Source: Gemmatimonadota bacterium (GTDB lineage: Bacteria > Gemmatimonadota > Gemmatimonadetes > Palauibacterales > Palauibacteraceae). Taken from it: a stretch of DNA of 64,000 bases. Below, piece after piece: positions 29,701 through 37,326 of the stretch. The translations under genes and the position numbers were made by a program. A model generated the notes under the pieces. The model ran no database searches. It had not been told where the DNA came from and saw only the letters and a list, made by a program, of their open reading frames with translations. How positions within the stretch are numbered: position 1 is the stretch's first letter; every line of letters starts with the position of its first letter. The DNA is taken from assembly GCA_021295785.1 (NCBI GenBank), contig JAGWBR010000002.1, positions 130,844 through 194,843 on the forward strand, in the 5' to 3' direction.

Positions 29701-29826
29701 CAAAGCGCGAACTTGTGGAATTCGCTTGCCTTGGCGACTATGGGCGGTCTGCTTTCCAGCACGTTTTTTGTGTTACTGGCGATACCCGTGATCTACAAGG
29801 CCATTGCAGTACCCAGGACCAGCTGA
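26770..29826 (+). CDS. second RND efflux transporter permease (AcrB/MdtC-like), 1018 aa
   Basis: ATGA-coupled to the first RND gene. KRPVAAASVYAALLALGVF, GLVVDNGIVVMENV, same architecture. Confidence 0.93.
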   Translation: MIGLSVKRPVAAASVYAALLALGVFSFRSIPLEDLPDVALPSLTVRASWPGASPEAMEAAVTAPLEAVAQQVRGVKKIISVSAATSRGSGSSASISVEFERDTRMEFARLELSERIASVMDEMPPFVVPTVSEFVPVEFRGSELPLLSFQLTGPHTSARLGEIAEEQVAPTIRAMAGVAEVTVAGAQEREVTVELDRDLLETLGILPGEVGQRIFELAQPRAPGSVELQGRRWAVSVRTRALEPAELEDIVVRSGPGGVIRVGDLGRVRDGTAEPTGYTRVNGHPAVTLTVDRRTGANEIRVAGAVRARMEELVSGLPPGLELRLLRDRSERIAAQLGDLRLRAIASALVIFLVLVVFLRSIAAVSVIFLTIGFCVLIAVNLLFVAGLTLNLLTMAGLAWGFGLVVDNGIVVMENVDRHRERGKPRALAAVDGARQVWLPVLAATATTAVVLVPFIFLQGDLRVYYLPLAYAVGFSILASLAVAFTFVPALSARLASRRRATAPAGTDPAYIRFYRAMLEWGMARPGSVLAICAACLYGSWYLFDENVYRGATWPEGGASGTSIVATVRFPRGAGLERTDELIRRFESRLQAEPGVERFESQVWPTFGRIVAFFPDALTYTSIPASVHQSLVSYGRLFAGVEVSVVGQGPAFMSGMGASSIPSSRAKILGYNYLTVQQIAEDLAESLRGIARVRNVNPNASGGSSRAREFEYYVRPDRERLAEYPVSVRDMLRYVGANARVSEAAARLRIGGEEVRYAVKTEGYRDFDLFDLQQMRVPTPDGEVALGNVADVGEREVLAQILRQDQQYERTVSWEVRGSRRLADMLRETILAQVELPPGYFLEEDTVSWTREEQIQVWQLVLVGLSLIYMVTAALFESLRAPLVVLCSIPFALIGVFLIFFYTDSVFDRTALVGTVMMGGIVVNNAILVVYHIGQLRKTLPARDAIVRGTLERVRPILMTTATTVMGLLPLVLFSPSQSANLWNSLALATMGGLLSSTFFVLLAIPVIYKAIAVPRTS

Positions 29827-29875
29827 ACCCCGCAAGTTCCCGGGGGGAGGCGACCGGAAACTTGAGAGGATACAG

Positions 29876-30643
29876 ATGATACGAATCAGCCCAGCCGGCG
29901 GTGCCCTCAGCGCAGCCATTTCGCTGGCCTTTCTGCAGGGGTGTTCGGGCGGCGACGGTGCCTCCGACGGCGATGCCGCGGCATCGGCCGGCGAGGGAGC
30001 CGCGGCTGCCGACGCGCTGGAAGACGACGCGGGCGGTAATGCGGGTGCCGGGAACGGGGGGAGCGCTCCCCGGAGTATCCCGTCGCCGGATTCGCCCGAG
30101 ATGAACGCACCTGCACCTGACTCCTATTCGCTTACGATGGCAACGTCCAGGGGCGAAGTGACGATTCAGGTCACGCGCGCATGGTCCCCCAGGGGGGCCG
30201 ACCGCCTCTACAACCTTGCCAGGCACGGGTTCTATGACGATGCGCGGTTCTTCCGCGTGGTTGACGGATTCGTCGCGCAGTTCGGCCTGAACGGAGATCC
30301 CGCGGTAAACGCGAACTGGGGTGGATCGAGTATCCAAGACGATCCCGTGCTCGAGAGCAACACGCGCGGTCGTTTGACGTTCGCGGCCACCAGCAATCCG
30401 AACAGTCGTACCACCCAGCTCTTCATCAACTACGGCGACAACAGCTTCCTGGACGAGAGCGGGTTCGCGCCGGTAGGCGAGGTCATTTCGGGGATGGAAG
30501 TGGTCGACGCGTTTACGAGGGCCGCGGACGGACCACAGGCCCCCAACCAGGGCCGCATCATGCAGGAGGGGAATGCCTACCTCGACGCCAACTTCCCGGA
30601 CCTTGACTACATCGTCACCGTGACGGTGCAGGAAGGTTCCTAG
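29876..30643 (+). CDS. cyclophilin-type peptidyl-prolyl cis-trans isomerase, predicted lipoprotein
   Basis: GAGAGGA before ATG 29876. Lipobox AFLQGC. FFRVVDGFVAQFG, TQLFINYGDNSFLD. Confidence 0.9.
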   Translation: MIRISPAGGALSAAISLAFLQGCSGGDGASDGDAAASAGEGAAAADALEDDAGGNAGAGNGGSAPRSIPSPDSPEMNAPAPDSYSLTMATSRGEVTIQVTRAWSPRGADRLYNLARHGFYDDARFFRVVDGFVAQFGLNGDPAVNANWGGSSIQDDPVLESNTRGRLTFAATSNPNSRTTQLFINYGDNSFLDESGFAPVGEVISGMEVVDAFTRAADGPQAPNQGRIMQEGNAYLDANFPDLDYIVTVTVQEGS

Positions 30644-30660
30644 AATATTCGCCCGCTCAG

Positions 30661-30691
30661 CCTGGTGCCGCCGCGGGGTTGCGGCGCCAGG
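30661..30691 (+). terminator. 11-bp hairpin (one G-U pair) between the PPIase and peptidase genes, no U-tail
   Basis: CCTGGTGCCGC-cgcggggtt-GCGGCGCCAGG. Confidence 0.3.
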
Positions 30692-30713
30692 GCTGCCATC
30701 CGCTGGCCTGGCC

Positions 30714-31850
30714 GTGCAGACCGCCCTCGCGGTCTTCTTGGCAGCGGCGGCGGTTGAGGCCGCACAGGACCACTCCGAACGCCCCCGGGCGCGCGAAGTG
30801 GGGCTGGTGATTGGCCGCCTGCCAACCGGGCCGCACAACGCCATCACCGATGTAGACGGCGTGATGGTGGGTCATTCGACTGTCTGGCGGGGCGATTCGG
30901 TGCGAACAGGGGTTACCGCGGTGGTGCCCCGGGCGGGGAACTTGTTCGAAGACCGGGTGCCCGCGGCCATCTCGGTCGGCAACGGGTTTGGCAAGTTGGT
31001 CGGCATCACCCAGGTCAACGAGTTGGGAGAGCTGGAGACGCCGGTCCTCCTGACCGGCACCCTCAGCGTGTTCCGCGCGGCGGACGCACTTCTGGACACG
31101 CTCCTCTCGATCCCCGCCAACGCAGAGGTCCGTTCCATGAACCCCGTGGTCGGTGAGACGAACGACGGATATCTCAGCGACATTCGTCTGCGTCCCGTCG
31201 GGCCCGACCACGTCCGGGAAGCACTGCGAACGGCTGTCTCGGGTCCCGTAGCCGAGGGATCGGTTGGAGCCGGCACCGGCACGCGGGCGCTGGGCTGGAA
31301 GGGTGGTATCGGCACGGCCTCCAGACTGGTGCCACTGCCGGACGGTTTGCGTGCCACGGTCGGTGTGCTGGTCCAGACCAACTACGGGGGCCCTCTGACG
31401 ATTAACGGAGTGGCCGTTGGCGACAGTCTGGCCCGCAGGGCCGCGGACGCCGGGGCCGACGAAGGCCAAACCGAATCTCGACGCGGCGACCGCGACGGAT
31501 CGGTGATGATCGTCATCGCCACCGATGTGCCGCTGGCCCACCGAGAACTCACCAGGCTGGCCGACCGGGCTTTCTTGGGGATCGCCCGAACGGGGTCTTG
31601 GATGTCGCACGGCTCGGGTGACTACGCAATCGCCTTTTCGGTTGGCCTTGGCGGGGCGGTGAGGTCCGGCGGTGTGCTGTCGCGGCTCTTCGCAGCGGTG
31701 GTCGAGGCCACCGAAGAGGCTGTGGTCAACTCGCTGTTTGCCGCGACAACGGTCACTGGGCACCAGGGGCGCACCGTTCGGGCCCTCCCCCTGGAGCCCG
31801 TGCTGGAGATCTTGGAAAACGCCGGTGCCCTGCGGGCCAGGAGGAACTGA
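30714..31850 (+). CDS. P1/S58 family peptidase (DmpA-like L-aminopeptidase/D-esterase)
   Basis: GVTAVVP, VVGETNDGYLSD, GSVGAGTG, KGGIGTAS, VIATDVPL. Confidence 0.8.
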   Translation: MQTALAVFLAAAAVEAAQDHSERPRAREVGLVIGRLPTGPHNAITDVDGVMVGHSTVWRGDSVRTGVTAVVPRAGNLFEDRVPAAISVGNGFGKLVGITQVNELGELETPVLLTGTLSVFRAADALLDTLLSIPANAEVRSMNPVVGETNDGYLSDIRLRPVGPDHVREALRTAVSGPVAEGSVGAGTGTRALGWKGGIGTASRLVPLPDGLRATVGVLVQTNYGGPLTINGVAVGDSLARRAADAGADEGQTESRRGDRDGSVMIVIATDVPLAHRELTRLADRAFLGIARTGSWMSHGSGDYAIAFSVGLGGAVRSGGVLSRLFAAVVEATEEAVVNSLFAATTVTGHQGRTVRALPLEPVLEILENAGALRARRN

Positions 31851-33532
31851 TGGCGCTTCAGGCCGCCCCTTGGATGCCGCCCCTGGATACGGACCGATTC
31901 CTGAGGCAGGAGCTCCCGGCTCCCGACGCGACCCCTGTCGATGTGCTCTTCGTCGGCGCGGGACCGGCAGGCCTGGCCGGTGCCATCCGTCTCGGACAGC
32001 TGGTCCGGAGCGACCGGGCTTCGGGCGGGCCGCTGGCAGGGCTCGAAATCGGTGTTCTGGAAAAAGCCGCTGAAATTGGCGGGCACTGCCTGTCGGGGGC
32101 CGTCATCGATCCCGAGGGGTTCCGCGTCCTCTTCCCGGACCTTCCCGACTCCGAGTTTCCGTTTGCCGGCCCGGTTGGGCGCGAAAGGGTCTGCTTCCTG
32201 ACGAGGAGGGGACGGGTCCCGCTCCCCGTGCCGCCCACCATGCGCAACCACGGGCGGTTCACTGCTTCACTGTGCGAAATGACCCGGTGGCTCGGCGAGA
32301 AGGCCGAAGAACTTGGCGTAAGCCTTTTCCCAGGGTTCCCCGTTGAGTCGCTGTTGTGGGAATCGGGTGCGGTTCACGGAGTGCGCACCGTGGCGGCGGG
32401 CCTCAACCGAGACGGGACCCCCGGGCCCAATTGGATGCCTCCGATGGACGTTTCGGCGCGGGTAACGGTACTGGGCGAGGGTGCCAGGGGACCGCTGACC
32501 GGGGCTTGGCTGGCGGCCTCGGGGGCCGGAGGGCCTTCACCGCAGACGTACGCCCTCGGCGTCAAGGAGCTCTGGGAGACTCCCCGGGATTTGGGAATGA
32601 CCATCCACACGATGGGATGGCCGCTTCCGCCAGATGTGTTTGGGGGCAGTTTCATCTACCCGATGGGACAGAACCTCAGTGCCGTCGGGATGGTCGCGGG
32701 GCTGGACGCCCCGTACCGCGATCTTGATGTCCATGCCCTTCTGCAGGAGTTCAAGCGCCACCCTTGGGTGGCCTCGCTCCTCAAGGGCGGGCAGGTGGCG
32801 GAGTGGGGGGCCAAGACTATTCCCGAGGGAGGTTACTACTCGATCCCCACCCGGCTCAGCGGTGACGGAGTTGTCATTGCAGGCGACGCGGCCGGGTTGG
32901 TGGACGTGGCGTCGCTCAAAGGTATCCACTATGCGATGCGGTCGGGAATTTTCGCGGCCGAGGCGATCGCCGATTCGCTGCGTGCGGAGGCAGAGACGGG
33001 CGGCACCGGGGGGCCTCTGCCGGGACCAGGGCTCGCCGCCTACGACGAGAGGCTCCGGGTGTCGGTGCGGGACGGGCCGATCTACCGCAACCGAAACATG
33101 CGCCTGGCGTTCAAAGCCGGCATCGTGCGAGGCGGGGCGAAGGCGGCGGTGATGCAATTGACGGGGGGTGCCTTCCCAGGGGGCTCGCCCCCGGACGAAG
33201 ACGATGCAGCGGTGGCTCGGCCCCTCACTCTGCCGCCGGGAGGCGACGGAGGCAAGCTGGGCCAGGGAGGCCTTTCGAAGGTCGATGCAGCTTACCTGTC
33301 GGGGAACCAGACCCGCGACGACATTCCTTCACATCTGGTGGTGGGCGAGACCGTACCGCCGCGGGCCCTGGAACTCTACGCCAGCCTGTGTCCGGCGGGG
33401 GTCTACGAGCGAGATGGTTCCAGGCTCGTGGTCAATGCCCCCAACTGTATCGATTGCAGAGCAACCGACGTCCTGGGGCCGAGGTGGTCACCGCGCGAAG
33501 GCGGGAGCGGACCCTCCTACCGCAGGATGTAG
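31850..33532 (+). CDS. electron-transfer flavoprotein:ubiquinone oxidoreductase (ETF-QO)
   Basis: FAD fold DVLFVGAGPAGLAGA, GIHYAMRSG, C-terminal ferredoxin-like CPAGVYE..NCIDCRATD..PREGGSGPSY. Confidence 0.85.
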   Translation: MALQAAPWMPPLDTDRFLRQELPAPDATPVDVLFVGAGPAGLAGAIRLGQLVRSDRASGGPLAGLEIGVLEKAAEIGGHCLSGAVIDPEGFRVLFPDLPDSEFPFAGPVGRERVCFLTRRGRVPLPVPPTMRNHGRFTASLCEMTRWLGEKAEELGVSLFPGFPVESLLWESGAVHGVRTVAAGLNRDGTPGPNWMPPMDVSARVTVLGEGARGPLTGAWLAASGAGGPSPQTYALGVKELWETPRDLGMTIHTMGWPLPPDVFGGSFIYPMGQNLSAVGMVAGLDAPYRDLDVHALLQEFKRHPWVASLLKGGQVAEWGAKTIPEGGYYSIPTRLSGDGVVIAGDAAGLVDVASLKGIHYAMRSGIFAAEAIADSLRAEAETGGTGGPLPGPGLAAYDERLRVSVRDGPIYRNRNMRLAFKAGIVRGGAKAAVMQLTGGAFPGGSPPDEDDAAVARPLTLPPGGDGGKLGQGGLSKVDAAYLSGNQTRDDIPSHLVVGETVPPRALELYASLCPAGVYERDGSRLVVNAPNCIDCRATDVLGPRWSPREGGSGPSYRRM

Positions 33533-34897
33533 CACGCGGGTCACGGCAGCCACGGCCTGCGCCGCCTGCTGGTATCCCGTGCGCATCAGGAAATCCGGGT
33601 TCTTCCCGTAGCTCTTGACCCCAAGCACGAAAAAATCTGGTTCTGGATTCACAAGCGAATCTGCTTCGACCGGACCGGCGGCAAGGCAGTTGCCCGAACC
33701 CGCCGCCTCACTCCCGTCTTCCGTGCCGGCTGCACCCATGCGAGCCGCGCTCGTGTTCATGGGGCCGAGCGTGGCGTAACATTCGTGAACCTGCAACTGA
33801 CGGTACAGGCTGTTGTCGGGTTCGTAGCCGACGTTGGCCACAACCTTGTCGAACGACTCGCAGCGCGGCGCCCCCGAGACAGACAGCCGCGCCTCGATTC
33901 TGGCCGCACCGGACCCGGCCGGTGGGCGCGTGCGCCGCACGGCTTCGAGGGTCGCCCCCCGGATCCACTCGGACCCTGTCGGTGGATTCGCGGCCAGCCG
34001 ATTCGCCCGCGACGCCAGGCCAGCTCGCCCCGGCAGCGGGTCGCCGGGAAACTCAACCAGGGGCGCCGGACGCTCGCCCCGGGTGGCCCACACGAACGCG
34101 GTTCCCGGCTCCTGCTCGGCCAGGCGCGAAAGGGCCAGGACGGTAGTCGCGGCCGAATGTCCGTCGCCCAAGACCAGCGTCCTGCGCCCCGCGAAACGGA
34201 CCTTGTCCGACCCCAGGGGGTCAGGCAGATGGCGGATGATCGCGTCAGATACGGATCTCTCGCCGACCGCTGGGGCACCGCCCGGACCCGCCCACGCCGG
34301 TCTGCCATAGGTTCCCGAACAATCGAAGACCGCCCGGGCCGTGACTACGCACTCGTCGTCTGATTGGCGTACCAGGAGACGGAACGGTTCGGCCCGCCGC
34401 CGGGGCGACGCAATCTCATCGCCCTTGAGAAAAGACGTCCGCGAGATGGCCAGAACTTCGGTGCGGTCTCTGATCCGGGCCGCCGACCGGAGGGCGTCGG
34501 CCAGTGGCAGCAGGAACCGTTCGCGGAGCTGCCGCCCGGTGTGAACCTCATCGGGGCCGGAAGCGGGTTGCCAGGGCGGAGCGCTCCCGCTGTCCAGGAG
34601 CACCCGAATGCCGGCGGGCCCCACGTTCATTGAGGCCGGCGAAAAGAGCTCTGCCCATCCCCAGCGAGCGACATGTTCGCCCACTTCTCCGGCCTCCAAG
34701 ACGATGGTTCCAAGGCCAGCCTCGACGCCAAGGGCTGCGGCCTCAAGGCCCACGGGGCCAGCCCCAACGACGGCGAGGTCCCAAATTTGGGGGGACTCGA
34801 GGTTGTCCGGTACCCCGTTGTCAGTCGCCCCGGCCAGGCGGGCCAGCGCCTGGCCGGGTGCCGAAGCACCAACGCCCGTTCGCGCAATAACGTCCAT
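33488..34897 (-). CDS. FAD/NAD(P)-binding oxidoreductase (family not resolved)
   Basis: ATG at 34897. Rossmann motif DLAVVGAGPVGLEAA and a second dinucleotide-like VLGDGHSAATT. The 3' end overlaps ETF-QO by 45 nt, convergently. Confidence 0.7.
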   Translation of the reverse strand: MDVIARTGVGASAPGQALARLAGATDNGVPDNLESPQIWDLAVVGAGPVGLEAAALGVEAGLGTIVLEAGEVGEHVARWGWAELFSPASMNVGPAGIRVLLDSGSAPPWQPASGPDEVHTGRQLRERFLLPLADALRSAARIRDRTEVLAISRTSFLKGDEIASPRRRAEPFRLLVRQSDDECVVTARAVFDCSGTYGRPAWAGPGGAPAVGERSVSDAIIRHLPDPLGSDKVRFAGRRTLVLGDGHSAATTVLALSRLAEQEPGTAFVWATRGERPAPLVEFPGDPLPGRAGLASRANRLAANPPTGSEWIRGATLEAVRRTRPPAGSGAARIEARLSVSGAPRCESFDKVVANVGYEPDNSLYRQLQVHECYATLGPMNTSAARMGAAGTEDGSEAAGSGNCLAAGPVEADSLVNPEPDFFVLGVKSYGKNPDFLMRTGYQQAAQAVAAVTRVLHPAVGGSAPAFAR

Positions 34898-34921
34898 AGA
34901 CAGGTAACCTAGCCTCTGCCC

Positions 34922-35674
34922 ATGACAGACAGCGACACGCCACCCGGGCACACGGGCCCGGAAAACGCGCTCGTCCGGAGTTTGGTAACGGTCGCCCGCT
35001 GGGTCCTGATCCAGGTGATTACGGGCGTTGCCGTTGTGCTCCTTTTCTGGGTATTCAACCGGACTATTGTGATCGGCGGCAGGCATGTGTTCAGAGAGCC
35101 CGGCACGCTGTTTCTGTCGAACCACCAAACGATGATCGACTCGTTTCTTGTTGGATACTCCGCGCTTTACCCCAGGTCGATCTTTCGGCCGCGGCTGGTG
35201 CCGTGGCAGGCCGCCGCCCAAGAGAACTTCTTCTCAAATTGGTTCGTGGCGTCCCTGTCGCACTTGTACCACTGCATCCCGGTCAGAAAGGGCCGCAGGG
35301 ACGTGGGCGTCATCCACAGGGCGACCGAAGTGCTGAGTCGAAACAACCTGCACCTGTTTCCCGAGGGGACCCGTTCCAGGACCGGGAAGATCGGCAGAGG
35401 CCGGCCCGGTGCCGGGATGGTCGCGCTGGCGGCCCGGCCCACCGTGATCCCTGTCACGATCTTGGGGATGGACAGCGTTCTGCCGATCGGGTCGGTGCTG
35501 CCGAGGTTTGGCAAGACCATTCGCATTCGTTTCGGCCGGCCCCTGCAGTACGACGATCTCGTGGTTGCGGGACGCGACACCGGGGCTGCCCGCGAACTGG
35601 TCGACCGGGCCATGAACCGCATACGCTTTCAAAGGCGTGCCATGGAACGTTTCGCAAACCGCCAGACTCGGTAG
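34922..35674 (+). CDS. plsC: 1-acyl-sn-glycerol-3-phosphate acyltransferase family protein
   Basis: HX4D motif NHQTMID, FPEGTRSRTG, N-terminal membrane anchor. Confidence 0.85.
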   Translation: MTDSDTPPGHTGPENALVRSLVTVARWVLIQVITGVAVVLLFWVFNRTIVIGGRHVFREPGTLFLSNHQTMIDSFLVGYSALYPRSIFRPRLVPWQAAAQENFFSNWFVASLSHLYHCIPVRKGRRDVGVIHRATEVLSRNNLHLFPEGTRSRTGKIGRGRPGAGMVALAARPTVIPVTILGMDSVLPIGSVLPRFGKTIRIRFGRPLQYDDLVVAGRDTGAARELVDRAMNRIRFQRRAMERFANRQTR

Positions 35675-35757
35675 CGATCCAACCGGCGTCCGGGGCGTCG
35701 CGCCGCACGTCGCCGGTCCATCTGGACAATCGGAGGAAAAGAACCGAAATTGAAGGC

Positions 35758-35880
35758 ATGACGATCACTGTATTTTACGCGGCTGTTACGGTGGGTCTCG
35801 GACTCTTGGTGGCCTTCATGGGTGGCGGTTTTGCTTACGGGTGTCGCCTGGAAGAACTGGACGCCGAGCCCGAAGAATGA
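35758..35880 (+). CDS. possible 40-aa single-TM small protein
   Basis: MTITVFYAAVTVGLGLLVAFMGGGFAYGCRLEELDAEPEE. ATGA-coupled to the next ORF. No well-spaced SD, and third-position GC lower than in neighbours. Confidence 0.35.
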   Translation: MTITVFYAAVTVGLGLLVAFMGGGFAYGCRLEELDAEPEE

Positions 35881-36137
35881 CCAGGAGTTTCAGCGACGAG
35901 AACGGTATCCGGTGGAAGGCCTGGCTGGCTTCCCGGGAAGTGTTCTGGCCTGCTCCGGGCGAGGAGGCCGAACCCGAGATGGAGGCAGTGGTCTTTTTCT
36001 GTTTTTCCGATCCCTCGGAGGAGCAGCGCCGACTGCGGATTCCCCGGGGGACCTTTGAGCAGTCCACTGAAGACGAGCTCCGGGGCTTCCTGCGCGAGGC
36101 CACTGCGGACACTCAGGATACCGAATCGGATGGGTAG
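35877..36137 (+). CDS. hypothetical acidic 86-aa protein
   Basis: The ORF from ATG 35877 has GC-rich third positions. MTRSFSDENGIRWKAWLASREVFW... No family recognised. Confidence 0.55.
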   Translation: MTRSFSDENGIRWKAWLASREVFWPAPGEEAEPEMEAVVFFCFSDPSEEQRRLRIPRGTFEQSTEDELRGFLREATADTQDTESDG

Positions 36138-36167
36138 AATCCCCGCCAGACAGGGTCGCGACCGGTA

Positions 36168-37292
36168 ATGACTGATACGGCAGGCAAGGGCCTGGAAGGC
36201 ATTGTAGTCTCCCAGACCGCACTCAGCTTCATAGACGGCCTCAAGGGCGTGCTCGTGTACCGGGGCTACAACATCCACGAACTGGCCCCGAACGCCGGGT
36301 TCCTGGAGTCGGTCTACTTGCTCTGGAATGGCAAGCTGCCCGTGCAGGCGGAGCTCGACGACTTCTGCGCCGAACTGGCGGCAAAGCGCCAGGTGGCCCC
36401 GGAAACGCTGAGGGGCCTCGCCGATGTGGGTCCGGACGCGGTACCCATGGCCGCCCTGCGCACGGGTGTCTCGCTGGAGGGGATCTTCGACCCGGATGCG
36501 CGGGACAATTCGCCCGATTCCAACCTCCGCAAGGCCAAGCGGCTGGTGGCGCGCATTCCCACGATCATTGCCGCCATCAACCGCATCCGCCAGGGTCTAG
36601 ATCCGATCCCGCCCGACCCGTCGCTCTCCCACTGCGCTGACTTTGTGCGGATGGCGAACGGCGAAGAGGGCACGGCGGAGGCGGTAGCCGCGCTTGACCG
36701 GACTCTGCTCCTCTATCTGGACCACGGGTTCAACGCATCGACCTTTGCGTGCCGTGTCATAGCCGCCACGATGTCTGACATGCATTCGGCGGTGACCGGA
36801 GGCGTCGGGGCCTTGCGCGGCGAGTTGCACGGCGGGGCCAACATGCGCGCCATGCAGACCCTGCGGGAAATCGGGTCGAAAGACAAAGTAGGCCCCTGGT
36901 TGGAGAAGGCGTTTGCGGAGAAGCGGCGTATCATGGGGTTCGGGCACCGCGTCTACAAGACCGAGGATCCGCGAGCCACGCACCTGCGCGCCATGTCCGA
37001 GGTACTGACCCAACAGGCAGGGCAGGAGGATCTTTTCCAACTCGCACGTGAACTTGAAGAACAGGTGGTTCGGGCCAAGGGAATTCTCCCGAACGTCGAT
37101 TACTACTGCGCGACGGTCTACCACGCGCTTGGCATCCCCATCGATTTGTACACACCGCTGTTTGCGATGGGGAGAGTGGGCGGTTGGACCGGCCACGTGA
37201 TGGAGCAGCACGCCGACAACCGGCTGATCAGGCCCAGGGCGGAGTACACCGGGCCGATGGACCTCACCTGGACACCGATTGACGAGCGCTGA
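36168..37292 (+). CDS. gltA: citrate synthase (short, 374-aa type)
   Basis: GFGHRVYKTEDPRA, LPNVDYY, GRVGGW..H. Confidence 0.92.
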   Translation: MTDTAGKGLEGIVVSQTALSFIDGLKGVLVYRGYNIHELAPNAGFLESVYLLWNGKLPVQAELDDFCAELAAKRQVAPETLRGLADVGPDAVPMAALRTGVSLEGIFDPDARDNSPDSNLRKAKRLVARIPTIIAAINRIRQGLDPIPPDPSLSHCADFVRMANGEEGTAEAVAALDRTLLLYLDHGFNASTFACRVIAATMSDMHSAVTGGVGALRGELHGGANMRAMQTLREIGSKDKVGPWLEKAFAEKRRIMGFGHRVYKTEDPRATHLRAMSEVLTQQAGQEDLFQLARELEEQVVRAKGILPNVDYYCATVYHALGIPIDLYTPLFAMGRVGGWTGHVMEQHADNRLIRPRAEYTGPMDLTWTPIDER

Positions 37293-37326
37293 CTTCGAAG
37301 GCTCAATTTGAAGTCGACTGCCAAGG

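Noticed and set aside
17237-29843. Short similarity flanking the efflux locus. CCCCGCAAGGTTCGCG lies right after tRNA-Leu (17238-17253), and CCCCGCAAG-TTCCCGG lies right after the last RND gene (29828-29843). These could be att-like direct repeats of a tRNA-adjacent island.
   Set aside because: Only 9+3 matching bases with an indel. The first copy is part of the hairpin stem. There is no integrase or other mobility gene, and the efflux genes look compositionally like the rest of the window.
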